Shown here: positions 47,599 to 60,200 of the stretch, in pieces
How positions within the stretch are numbered: the stretch's first letter is position 1
Layout of the letters: each line of letters opens with the position of its first letter
Origin: Bilabrum cf. latius
Lineage: Eukaryota
Length of the DNA stretch: 64,000 bases
Reading direction: 5' to 3'
Assembly (NCBI GenBank): GCA_965178125.1
Contig: OZ237768.1
Coordinates: forward strand, 558,001 to 622,000
The notes under the pieces: generated by a model
The model's database searches: none
What the model was told of the DNA's origin: nothing
What the model saw: the letters and a program-made list of their open reading frames with translations, nothing else
Made by a program: the position numbers and the translations under genes

Positions 47599-50500
47599 AT
47601 GCGAGCGTCGTGTGGCGTATGCCCTTGCAACGTAACTGGATCAGGCCTTTCGCGAGCTATACTGTCTCTGGTTTACGGTTTAACTATCTTGGCATCGCTT
47701 CAAGTCGCAACGTCCCCATTTCCGGGGAGAGCACGAGTGGCTCGGTTGACGGAGCCCCTGCAGGAAAGCTCGGTAACATTTTTCTCTTTATTGGTAGTTG
47801 TGATTCCTGTCGCTATTGCCTGGACGTTTGAGGTGTTGGCGGCTGCAGTAAGCTCTGCTCAGCAAGAAGACCCGCTCATGCATTCGCATTACACGACGTC
47901 AGCAGCCGTGTCTAGCGGTGGCCATGCCAAATTCCATCAAAATGCCAGCATTAGAAAGCCTGTTACTGCTGCTGAGAAGGAGGAATCATCAAGCTTTCCC
48001 CACTATGCCAAAACTGACAGTGTTGAGACATCTGGATCACGGGGGTACTGCTGCTGCGGTACATCGGCTACATTCGTGACCAGAGCTGCATTTGCATCAC
48101 TTTGTTGTATCAAGATGGCAAGGTCGTGCTGCTGGTAGGCGAGTGCAAGCCGCAGCGAGTGCAGGGTCCATCCTCCTGTTTGCTGCAATAGCAGGAATTC
48201 GAGGCCGCTAGACACAAGAGCGGCAAGTTCAAGTAGTAAGTGCCACTGGTCATATTGATCGTTTGATTTAAAAATTACTGTAAATTCCGCGTAGCGAGAT
48301 ATTTGTACTTGAATTTCGCAGACGACAAGTCGCCGTGGGAGTTGGCTGAGATTCGGATGGACCAAGAGCTTTCTTTGCACAGTGGCGTTGCCCCTGGATC
48401 ACTTTCATTGTGCAGCTGCTGCTTTTTTTGCTGCGGATTCAGTAGCTTGTCATGCTTTCGGTGTGACGCAGAAGTCAACCCGTCCCAGGTTCGAGCGTGC
48501 CAGCACTACACCGATCGCGTTCCGGACAGGGTTTCTCTGCACAAAGATCGCTCTCGCAGCGCAGAGGCGCTGAAATATGGCGCAGGTAAGACCCACCCAG
48601 AGTAGGCTCGAGCCTATGAGCCAGCAAACCAAGTGACAACTGCAGCAGCCCCATCGGGTGCATCGCACGAGCGCGCGACGCCGCGCACGCAGCACCGCGA
48701 CGATTCCAACATGGACGTGGATGCCGCCCTAGAAGACTGCGTAAAGCTAAGTTGGGTCGTTGAGGAGGACGTCTCTTCAATGGGCCACACCTAGACCGGT
48801 TCCGTAGCCCCAGTGGCAGGCAGTCCAGCAGTCCCGGGCCGTACGGTTCCCTAGAACGCTACGGTGGAAACTGATTCGCCACTGCCCGTGCCCGGACGGA
48901 ATCTCTTGTCATTGCGAGCAGCTACAGCTGATGGGCTCCGACAGGTGGCCCGAAGCATTATGCCTTTGGTGATTTTAGTCTGCATCACGGCATGGGGGAT
49001 GTTTCTTGATCTTGCTCTGAGCCCAGGTAGGGGTCAGCTGAAGGTAATTGTGGTTTGGAGCTTGGTGGCGGTCTTGTGCCCGTTCGACTACGATCGCATG
49101 ATCGTGCCATTTACCACCATCCACTATTCGTACATGATCTGGACAATCGTCATATTTGTTGCAGTGGCAGTCGCGGGGGACGCGTGGCCATTTGGAACCG
49201 TGGATCTGGACGCTACGCCGGAAGATGTTCGCTACGATTTCTTCTCGGCCCTGGGCCTGAACGGCATTGGACACGTGCTTAACATCGTCGGGTACGGGTC
49301 TCTTGGGAACATCATCATCGGAATGATGCTGGTGGCTGAGCAGGAGCTGCTCCTTGTTCAATCTAGGAAGGCACGTACAGGTCTTACCACCACGCTGCAG
49401 CGTGCCAAGCAGCAGCAGCGCACAATCATCGACTCGGTGGCGGACCAGGTCCCCCCTTTCGCCAGGGAGTGCATGGATGCTGGAGTGACCGCATTCGAGA
49501 CCAGGCCGGTCATACTGACCGTGTCATCACAACGAATGCAGTCAGCCGACGCCGAAGCTGGCGCAGCATTTGCGCTGTCAGGCGGCTCCATTGCTGGCCA
49601 TAGCTCCATTGAGGTTCTTGCTGAAGCGCTCGATACTCCTGGTGACAACGATAAGCAACAAACCGACCAAGTGCCTCATGATGGCGTGCTTGTGCGCCTA
49701 TTTCGGTACTTCAACATGTCCATCCAGCAAACAGCTAATGACTGGGTCGGCTCTGCCAGTCTTGGGGTACTAACGTTGAAGCAGATGGAAGGACTGCAGC
49801 GGTTCAGCTAGGTCAATTGGACTGCAGTGGGGCAGCACACCGAGATAGACAAGCTTCACTTGCGGAATGGTTCCGCATCGTACAGGTCTAGGAAATCCGT
49901 ACCAGAACCAGGCATACCGAAGGAGGGGGCCACTGTAGCCACGTGGACAGCTGCTGTAGGCATGCGCTCCCCGGTGCGGTCTGCCAGCGAGCGCAGGCGA
50001 CCAGAAGCCCGACTTTCCAACCTATTTGCCTGCATCGCCGCGATCGACCGGTTTGCTGCCGGGGCGATTCGAGCATCGGCGTATGGCAGGACCTTGCACG
50101 GCGGCTTGTCGTACCCGTCTTCGTCACAGACTGCCATGGTGGCTGGGCTGTTAGGCTTGCAGCAACAGCCCCAGGAGTGGGCCGTGTTCGGGGGAGGAAC
50201 CGAGGCAGCAGGTCGTCTTGCGACCTCGAATCGCTTCTCTTTGGACTCGTTGTCCATGCCTAGTGGACGACGTGGACACTAGGAAAGAGGTGCTGCAACG
50301 TGCCGGCATGCGCTATCTGTTTCTATAAGCACGCACTCTCGTCTGACGCAGCAGCTACAACGTCTGCTTGAAGTTGTTGCGGCTGCAGCTTAGTGGCAGG
50401 TAGCGGTGCGGATGGGCCTGCAGAGCCGTGATCAATCAAATGAGGCGTACTACGATCGCGTGGTATATAGTACGCAATCTGGATTACGAACGTAGTCAGA

Positions 50501-53500
50501 ATCTCTGGAGCAGAGCCCCATTGAAACGTTCTACCTGCCGTCTGCTGCCGGGCTCAATAAGCTGAGGAATGCCTTGCGCTGTTTGCTTGATTGGTTCGAG
50601 TCTGCACAACTTCAACGGCCAAGTGGTGGGCATGCGAACGACAACAAAGTCGCAACGCCAACGGTTTCATTAGGAGCAGTAGCCAAGGGAGCAGCAGCAA
50701 CTGAGACGAATAAGGCAGCTCCTCGAATTGCTGCTGTGGCGGAGCCCGTGATGCATTTGTTCCTGCCGTGCACTGCTAGAGGCAGAGGCACCCGGAGTTT
50801 AAAGGGTGACCGGGCTACCAGTGGTCGTATGACCAGTGCAAGTCTCGGCTAGAAAAGTGTCGAACTTCGAGCCCAAGATGTAGCACGCGCAGCCGCAATC
50901 GTTGGCAAAAGCGTAAAGCATGGCGAACAAAGCGAGAGTGCTGAAGATTCGAGCCGCCGCATGTTTACCGATTTCCTTCCCAGTGCGCCTAGCACCAGTC
51001 CAGCCCCGCCATCTGGAATTGCCTCAGCACGTCACATCAAGCACTAGCCAAGAAAGCAGTCCACACTGCCTGTCTGGATTGATCGAATCATGAAGCGCGG
51101 CCAGTCGAATTCTGATAGTTCAGGATTTTCGATCGACCACAAAGGGCTGGAGCTAGCTGCCGAGAGTCAAGCTGTGACTCACCAGGCAATCCAACCTGTG
51201 AGCCGCGACAGCCATAGCTCCGGCACAGTGCTACACCTCATGTTTGGCAGCCAGAGTATCGACAATGAAGACCCTGCTGGTCTACCCGTGAGGTCAACTC
51301 TGATCATGTTGCTGTAGGGAATCGCGCACGTTTAGACCGCAGCGATCACTTGGATGCAGGTCGTCAACATGGAGGTGGCTGCAGGTCATGCAAGCTGGGA
51401 CGATGCAGCTTCAGTCCTACAACTATCCATCCCGTTCCTCCCACGGATTTTGTCGGGAGTTGTGATGCTGGCAGTATGGACCACGTGCACTACCGGCAAC
51501 CTAGTAGGGCTTCGCTTGGGAATGGCGGTTAACGCGATCGCTGTTGTGCTACACAGCCTGTCGCAGTTCATGTACGCAATGGAAATCGGCTCAAAGTCAT
51601 GTTCTGCGCGATTGCCAGTAGTGAACACGTCTGCTGGAATTTTGAGCGCGGTTTAGTTACAGATTGGAGTGCTTCAAGTGGTTCCTTTCACTCCACTAGC
51701 GGTTTTGATCACTGTCTCCGTCGCGCTCATGGTGCCCATGGGACCGTACGTGATACTGCAGGCGGCTCTTGAAGGCTCGTTTGTGCGCACGCAGAGTGAG
51801 GCACAGGAAGACTGCATGTTGGTGTGGGGGGCAATCCCGGTGGCACAAGGCCTCGACCGGTTCACGATCGCGACAACATGGTCTGTGTTTTCAGGCGCAA
51901 TGCTTACGCTGCTGTTCGTGGCACTTCGACTTCAGCAGGTTGACGCGTTCGCTCAGATGCTGCGTGCAGTGCAACAGCTATCTACGGAAGCCTAGGCAGT
52001 ATCCGCGAGGACTAAACAATAGCTTCAGGCGGCGGCGGCTGCACTCGTCCCGAAAGCAATTATATTGAGTAGATTAGATCGCGCGAATCTAGATGCCGGT
52101 CCGGGGTGGCCGCATACCTACGCAGATATGTCGCCTAGTTTACCACGATGGGACTCATCCACAGATGTGAGTTTCCGCAGTTCCTTGTTGCAAGTTGATG
52201 CCAGCGGGCAAGACATGCCGGGGCAAAGGGCAACGGAAAGAATCCAAATTTCATCGTCAGAGGGTTCAAAATGCTCTACCAGCGACGAAGACAAATCGTC
52301 GTGTGTCGTTTCGCTGAGTTTAACTGCGCCTTGGATTGATCTCGGCGACTCGATCGTGCTTACGCTCGTCCTGCACGGCTACGACAAGATTGCTGACCTG
52401 GCCGGGCCCATCGCCGGGATCGGCCTGCACCGCAGGATTGGGGCCGTGGTGGATGAGGTGTGTGCCGAGCATGGAGCGGTAAGGATCAAAAGTCCGCCCG
52501 GCTTGTTTCGGTTGGCTTGGTTCAGCTCGCAGCATGGTAGTAGCGATCGCCAGGATGGGACGGTCACACAGGCAGGTAAAACCAGAGGAATTGAGCAGCT
52601 GTAGGCGTGTACCGAGCTTGTCATCCGGGTCCAACGCGAGCTGCATGCCAAGTAGCTGCAGCTACTACCACTGGTTGGACTGGCATGCGGTCCGTCTTTT
52701 GCCAAGTGGATAGGGTAGGCCCCGGCGACAATTCTATATGAAGACTAGATGAGCGGCTCAGTTCCAGACGGTTTGCCATTCCGAGAAAGCTTCGTCATAG
52801 CTGAGAAGCTACACTCTGCATGGCTAGCCGATGTACGATCTGAAGGAGCAGGACGCCATCCTGATGGCCACCATGATGCGCCACGCTACAGCCAGACGAT
52901 CGACTCGAATGCTAGAAAGACGCCGCCGATGGAGTCCCTAATTGGCATCTCGGATGCTTTGCACCGAAGGATTGACGATGCCTAGGTGAAATCAATTCTA
53001 TCACTGGGCCGATTCGAGCCTCAAGCCGGACTCGAAGCATCATCAGAGACATTGGCTGGCGTTGCACAGTTTCACGTGGCTGCAGTGAGCACTTCGGTTC
53101 GGGGCGTCCGAGATCAATCAGTTGACGCTGCAATCGCTGCGCGCACTAGCTCATCCAGCAGACCTTTTCGAGCAAGCAATGATTCTCACGAGTTGCCTCG
53201 CTTCCACATGCAGGACTTTCGGCGCTTGAAGGTGCTGGGCGAGGGTGGGTTTGCCAGGGTCTACCTGGCCGTACATGTGCCCACGGGACGGAAGGTCGCG
53301 CTCAAGATCAGTAGGCGATCCACTGGTGTATTCGAGCAATCTCGTCGCTCATCGCAGTCCTTCTCAGCCGGTAACTCCGAGTAGCGCGCGTCATTGAAGG
53401 CTGACGTGGTTCGTGGCGAGATCCTGGCCCTGATGCGGTGCGCTGTCCACGGCGTGCCGGGGGTGTGCCGGCTGGAGGGCGTGGTGCTGGGCGAGGGTGA

Positions 53501-55201
53501 GGTGGGTCTGGTGCTGGAGCTGGTGGATGGCGAGAGCCTCGCTTCATCGATGCGATCTCGAGGCGGGGGTCGGTAGCGCATGCGGGAGGGAGCAGTTCGT
53601 GTGGTGGCTCGTCAGCTTGCGTGTACGCTGTGCCATCTGCACGAGGCAGGGGTGGTGCACAGGGACGTAAAGCCGTCCAACATTGTGCTGGATTCGGCCG
53701 GATGCAGCCGGCTCGTTGACTTTGGGCTATCCGTAGCTGTCGGTTCGAAATTAACCAGCCGAGCTGACGCAGGTGCCTCTATGCACGAGCTCCTGCGTAG
53801 AGCTTAGAATCATCAGTGGGAAGGAGTTGAGCTGGACAACCATGAAGACCTGCGCATGGCGATGCCTGCCTTTCCGGCTTTGGAAGGGCCACGCTCAAAT
53901 GGAGACCGAGGGGACAACGCGTGCAGCAGTATTCTGCTGGTCGCCAGTGACAAGGACACAGGAAAATAGCAGTGGGTAGCCGCTGTCGCCGCATCTGTGG
54001 AGCAGGCGCTGCAGTCTCCCGCTGTATCGGGAGCTTTGAGCCGAGCAGCCTCTACCCGGTCAGCTATGCAGATGATTGTGTCAGACCCGCTGATGTACGA
54101 CGTGGTTGTGGTCGCAGCGGATGGGTCCGAATCTGCGTCCAATTCAGTAAGTAACCCCGCTGGTGGTGGGAGTGCACAAAGTCCGGACTAGAGTGCGAAA
54201 TACCGCGATCGAGGCGTCTCCAAGCTGGCTTTACTATTGGCAAGTCAGCAGTCCAGATAGTCAGTAGCTAGTGCGCCCCAAGTTAAGAGCACGAAGCTTG
54301 TGGTGCTGTCTGGCCCGACGACTGGCTCACCTTTTGACCCTGATTCTGGAGATAGAGATGCAGGTACCTGGACGTTGCAATCATGCAGTCTCAATGACCG
54401 CAATGATGTGGAACTCCATGCAACATCAGCATGCAAGGCACCGACTGATGTTGGCCCAGCGCTTATGGCGTATGTTATGGATGGGTCAAGGGGTGTCTCG
54501 ACTCTTCCTGAAGCGGAGCCGGAGACAGGAATACTCGGTGATGATTCGTGTGATCGCCCACTAGTTTCGGCGTCTCATGCACGGGCGTTCACATCGCTGT
54601 CCAGCTGGGCGCAAGCTTGCGCGCGATAGCAAAAGGCTCCAAGCTCAGACGAGAGCCCAGCTTTGCACTCCGTCGGGTCTAAACATGACCATGCGGCGGT
54701 TCAGTACCAAGGTCAGCCAAGCGACATGGGCCTTGGGGCGGCTAGCATTCCACCAACACGCGGGGATCGACCGCCCACCGGCAAACGTGGCGACGGCGGG
54801 GTGCTAGTCTACCGCGAGAAGCAGCCCTTCGTGGCAGGCATAGCAGGCACTCCTCTCTTCATGGCACCTGAGCTCTTCAAGCACCAGGGGCAGCGGGCCA
54901 GCGACTACTGGTCCATGGGCGTGACGCTGTTCTGGCTGCTGGCTGGCAGGATGCCGTTCACAGGGCCGACCAAGCAGGCCCAGCTGGACGCAGCCAAGCG
55001 CGGCATTGTGAGCTGGCGGCTGCTGCCAGCTGGCTTGAGTCCGGAGTGCATCGACACTTTGAGGGGTCTTCTGGAGGTGGATGTGGAAGCGAGGTATGAC
55101 GCGAGAGTTCTAGCGGTGCACCCGTGGCTGTAGGCGACGCTCGTGACAGCTGCAGGTGCTGGCATGACGTCTAATGATGCGCGCGGGATTGCTGACCGTT
55201 C

Positions 55202-55266
<65 letters not shown>

Positions 55267-56117
55267 GTTCAACCAAAGGGAGGCAGCACGGGCCTGCCAC
55301 GGACAGAATCTTGCCAAGGCACCACTGGGCCAAAAATGACCCTTTCACTCCTGCTCAATCCTTGGCGGGTCAGCCTGGAGCAGTATCCGCTGTAATAGGG
55401 ACAATCAAGGACCCTCAAGGACATCATGTACCGCTGTCAGAGCCGAACCTATGGATCGTGCCGGTGATTCCGGGTCTAGAACGCGTTGGATCCTCCGTCG
55501 CTGAACTCGAGTGGATCGGATCTATAGTGCAGGAGTGGAGTCTCTCTTCTGTCCCGCAGCACGCCAAGGACTCGTAGAAGGTGTCCAAATTCAGCAAGCG
55601 GGTCAAAATGCAGGCGCGAATCGATGCAAAAATGGCGGATGTACGAGCTGTGCTGTCCGTGTGGTGCAGACGACAAATGCTGAGGCACAGGGATGGATAG
55701 ATTCTGAAGAGGGTGGGCAAAGCCGCCTCCAGCTTTCTGCCGCCGTCCATATGGGATGCCGCCAAGCGTGATCTAGAGGTTGCGGGCGTGTCAGCCAGGC
55801 GGGCCGCAGGCATGCTTGTTCAAGTGTCTCAACATGTAGACGATTACGCAAGCACGATCAGTGGAGATGCGCAGGAGCTGCAGCCCAACTCCAACGTAGC
55901 TAAACGTGGACAAAACGCTAGCGCATACATTGGAACTAGCCAAACAAGGGGTACAGTAGCGACTGCAGCAGGAGCAGTCGTCCCGAGGTCGAACCTGATG
56001 TCAATTGGGTATGGTCAGGCATCTTTGCCCAGCGTGGTCGAGTCCGACGAGCACGTGACCAATACGCACTCTGGCTCGGAAACTACGGGGCCCGAGGCAG
56101 CGCAAGGGAGCGATTGA
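47599..56117 (+). CDS. About 2,810-aa membrane protein: TM / cyclase-like / TM / cyclase-like / split Ser/Thr kinase (paralog A; intron 48236-48321)
   Basis: 17 track ORFs from 48303 to 56117 are in one frame; each ends in TAG except the last, which ends TGA. TM clusters at about 48960-49340 and 51420-51930. Cyclase-like motifs near 50140-50230 and 52340-52750. Kinase motifs LGEGGFARV, VALK, HRDVKPSN, DFG, GTPLFMAPE and DYWSMG. Confidence 0.78.
55203..55262. repeat. (GCT)20 microsatellite encoding poly-Ala
   Basis: Perfect trinucleotide run, in frame just after the kinase domain of paralog A. Confidence 0.95.
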
Positions 56118-57200
56118 TTGAAACGGGCTCGACTTGCTGACTGACGTGGATACTTCTTGCAGCAAGCTGCTAGATTATTCATGGATCCGGGCATCGATGA
56201 CTACGTTTGCTTGGGATCTGTTTGCTCATGTCCAAAGCACCCATAGTTTCCCAGTCTGCCACGTTCAGAGACCGTGGGTTTGATCGAAGTAGGGCTTCTG
56301 GGAGTGGCGACAGAACGCGTAGAGGTCGGGAGGACGAGCACAATCTGCAGTGCAATATAGGGCCTCTGATGTTGTCATATCAACGAGTGATCGGCGGCGA
56401 TATGCTGCGTCCGGAGCATGTGCTGTCAGCCCGGGCCGCCTTGAAAGCTGGCGAGGAGGAGGGGGTCGAGCTGCGCTTGCAGGTAAACTGTGACCCTATC
56501 GTTAACCGAGGGTTTTGCCGTTCTGCTCCAGCAGGGAGGTGCTATCGCGTGGTCTGCAGGGTCGGCGGACCTGGATCGTTCGAGCGACGATGAGACCTTC
56601 GGCAATGGTCGCACGACGGTGGCGCTACAGACAGCCATCGAACGGGCGCTTCATCCCAAACGAATGGTGATACATCAATTGTAAACACCACTTTTTCAAT
56701 GCACGTCGACATCCCATGCCCCTAGAACCGGCGCAGATGCGCGGGCGGGACCCAGATCCATGCATGACGCACAGGATGCATTAATGAAACCAGAGCGGAG
56801 TGTCCCAGCCCTGGGCGCTGGGCCAACCGTCGTGGATGCGATGGTGTACCCCGGGCAGGGGCTAGGCCTGCTCCAAGGTGGCTCCGGACTTCCCCTGCTA
56901 ACTAAACTTCACGGAGTCGGCGGACTGGGAGCTGGCAGTATGAGCGCGCTGGATGCAGCAAGCGTTGCCACTGACCCGCAGTCAATCTGGCAAGGCAGTG
57001 CGGGTCACACCTAAGTTACCTATCTCGGCGTTGAGGCATGTCGTCGTGATCGGGGACCCCGAAGGCAAAGTCGTGCTGGATGGCGTGTTCAGGACTCAAC
57101 TATAGTAGTTTTTACTTCAATTTGTATCCAAAGCTACGTCTGTTTGCAGTTCAAGGCATGCATTCAAAAATCGCAGCTACTCGGATCGATCATAGCTTCC

Positions 57201-60200
57201 TTACTCGCCAGCACCGGGTCCTGTACCATCCGGATCCTCCTCGTCTTCGAGGCTACCCCCCTCGGGCATCCACTCGGCGGTTTCGGCCACACTGGGCAAG
57301 CCAGCTCTCCCCTTACCAAGTGCAGACCAGCCAGACCTGCGGCTCATCTCCCTAGCCTCGGAGGCCTCATCGACCACTGATGCCAGGTCTGCCTCGCTGC
57401 TCGCCCCGATCCCAACTACAACGTCACCAGAGAAGGAATACCTGTCCTTCCGCACAGAGCTGGCGAGTTGGGCCGGTCTTGGCGAGTCAGTGGCACCACG
57501 ATAAAGCTCTCTAAACCGGAATGACTGGTCCTTGCATCTGGCAAGCATGATTTCAGCCTTCTCGCCTGATACACCGACCCGAGCGAGGTCAGCCTTAGCT
57601 GCCGACCGTCTGCTCACAAGCACGGCCTGGCGACCTGCCGATGAAGAATACACCCGTTTCTCTTGTGGCCCCAACTGCGCTGCAGTCGTATCTAGACGGA
57701 CTATGTTTCGACGAGCGAAAACAGCCAGGACAGCCATGACGTCAAGTTTCTTTGCCCTGAGTCGAGCCTGCTCCTAGATCCGCTGGCTGTGTCGCTTGGC
57801 TCGACTCCGAACTCTCGCCTTGCCAACGATGCTCGACAGCCAGTGCAGCTCATCGTTCTCGTCGCTGCCTGCCCGACTGGTCGGTGCCGATACCATGGTG
57901 CAGCCGTCCAGTGGAACAAGCTGGTCGTGAATCCAATCTCTTGCAAGCGGCGAGGCAGTCGGCACTCCTCGAATCAATCCAGCCTCCGGGTCGGTTACGT
58001 CGAGGCCATTGCCTGCATCACCTTCCAACCCCGAACTCCTGAAATCGCTCGTGTTGGAGGATTCGGTCCCGACCAATCGCGATGATTCGTTCGACTGCTC
58101 GCCATCTCGGCGTCCTTGTCTCTCTGCCAGCCGCTGCTTGCCGTTTGCATCGCGTGATGCTTTCTTTACGACGTGTGCGGGAAGCTATCTCCAGAGTTTG
58201 GAGCCGCTCGCATCCACGAACGGGTCATCGAGCGACCAGCGAACGGATTGCAACGACCGCTGCACAGCCCAGGCCGCATCACTTGAATGAGCAGGCGATG
58301 CAGCCGGATCATGGGGCGCCTTCATGTTCTCCAGCACACGGCGTGCTCCGAGTGGGTCTCGAGGCAGCAGCCACGGGTGCACCGCTAGCACTCTCGCGTC
58401 ATACCTCGCTTCCACATCCACCTCCAGAAGACCCCTCAAAGTGTCGATGCACTCCGGGCTCAAGCCAGCTGGCAGCAGCCGCCAGCTCACAATGCCGCGC
58501 TTGGCTGCGTCCAGCTGGGCCTGCTTGGTCGGCCCTGTGAACGGCATCCTGCCAGCCAGCAGCCAGAACAGTGTCACGCCCATGGACCAGTAGTCGCTGG
58601 CCCGCTGCCCCTGGTGCTTGAAGAGCTCAGGGGCCATGAAGAGAGGAGTGCCTGCGATGCCAGCCACGAAGGGCTGCTTCTCGCGGTAGACTAGCACGGC
58701 TTTGTTTGATGTCATCGTTCGCTGCTTGATTTTGGATCTCTCCGCCGCATTGCCATCGGTTGCAACGGCAGCTGCTCTAGACATCGTTCTGGAGGCACTA
58801 CGCGCCCATTCAGAAACAGCGGCGTGTAGTGATCCTGTATCGGGGTTTGCTTCAGAATCTCTTTCAGCGGCTCCCTGTGAGCCAGTCTGCGATTCACTCC
58901 GCGAATACAATTCATCAAGTTGCTCAGCCCAAGCCGTCCGCTGACGTGGCAGCTCTGCATCAGGGCCAGCAGAACCCCCCGGGTGGCCGTGGCACGCGGT
59001 CGTACCTGATCGCAGTTTTTGCTGTCGAGAGCTGTTGAGGACTGGTCGTCTCATTGCGGTGGAATAAGCACGGACGCGACTAGTTCTAGACTCTGCAGCT
59101 GCCTGCGTCTGCACGCCATCACCAATCAACACAGCTGGCGAGCGCCTCGTGGATATTCCTTTGGCATTATTGGGTTCAGATATGGGTCTGCTTCCCGCCC
59201 CTAAATCAGATTCCGAATGATCCCGTCGTGCCTCGTCATTCTGCTCGACGCGTTGAAGCGAGTCCATGTTACTCGGGGACCAAGTTGTCACACGGACTGT
59301 CGATTTGCTCTGCTGCGCTACTGCGGCCTGAGCGGTGCCTGTACTGGAAGCTACCAAGTCGGGCTTAGCCTGTCGAGAATCAGCGAGAACGATCCTTGCA
59401 AATTCTTGCACGGACATCAGTGTAGCCTATTCCACATTGTCGGCCGATATCAATTTTCCTTGCTCTGCTGCACTCGTCACGATGTCCTCGTCAAAGTGAG
59501 GGGCGGCTGGCCCATCGGTCGCACAATCAGGATCGGCATCGATATTGGTGCCATCCGTGCCGATCCTCGTGGACAACCTCTATACCTGCAGTCTTAGAGT
59601 CGGGTCAGGCTCCGACGCAAGCAACGCTTGCGAGCGTGGCAGCAGTCGCGGCACATCAAATGCGGTCCCAGCACCTGACGCTGGGCCAGCTCCGCCTCTA
59701 GCCCCGTCAGGGTGAGCGTGACCTACCCCGCAATCGACGAGATAGGCGACACTTCGGGGCAGCAAATGGCTCAAATGCTTCTCTGGAGATGCTTTGGATT
59801 GATCTGGCCTGCGCTTGTCGTGGCTAGGGAATGTCACATCTTCAAGAGCAGCCTGGATCAGCTAAGATCGGTTGCGACTGGTCTTCTCTCTTTGACGAGT
59901 ATGGCCCATACGCTAGGTTCCGCTGCTCGCAGCCGATGCAGATTGTGATCCCCCATGCTCGGCGGTACCCCTCAGCACAACTATGGTGTCGAACAAGTCA
60001 CGCTCAGTGGAAAGCAGTGCAGCTGCCGCCTGCATGCCTCGCACCACTTGCACCGCACACATGCTACCGCTAGATCCCACACCCTTCTCAAGCTCATCCT
60101 ATAGCGCCTTACTGGTCCGCCAAGGTATATCATCTGCCGCTAAGCGTGAACGTCTGGTTTGATAAACTACGAGCAATACTGAATGGTACCGCGCGCTAGA

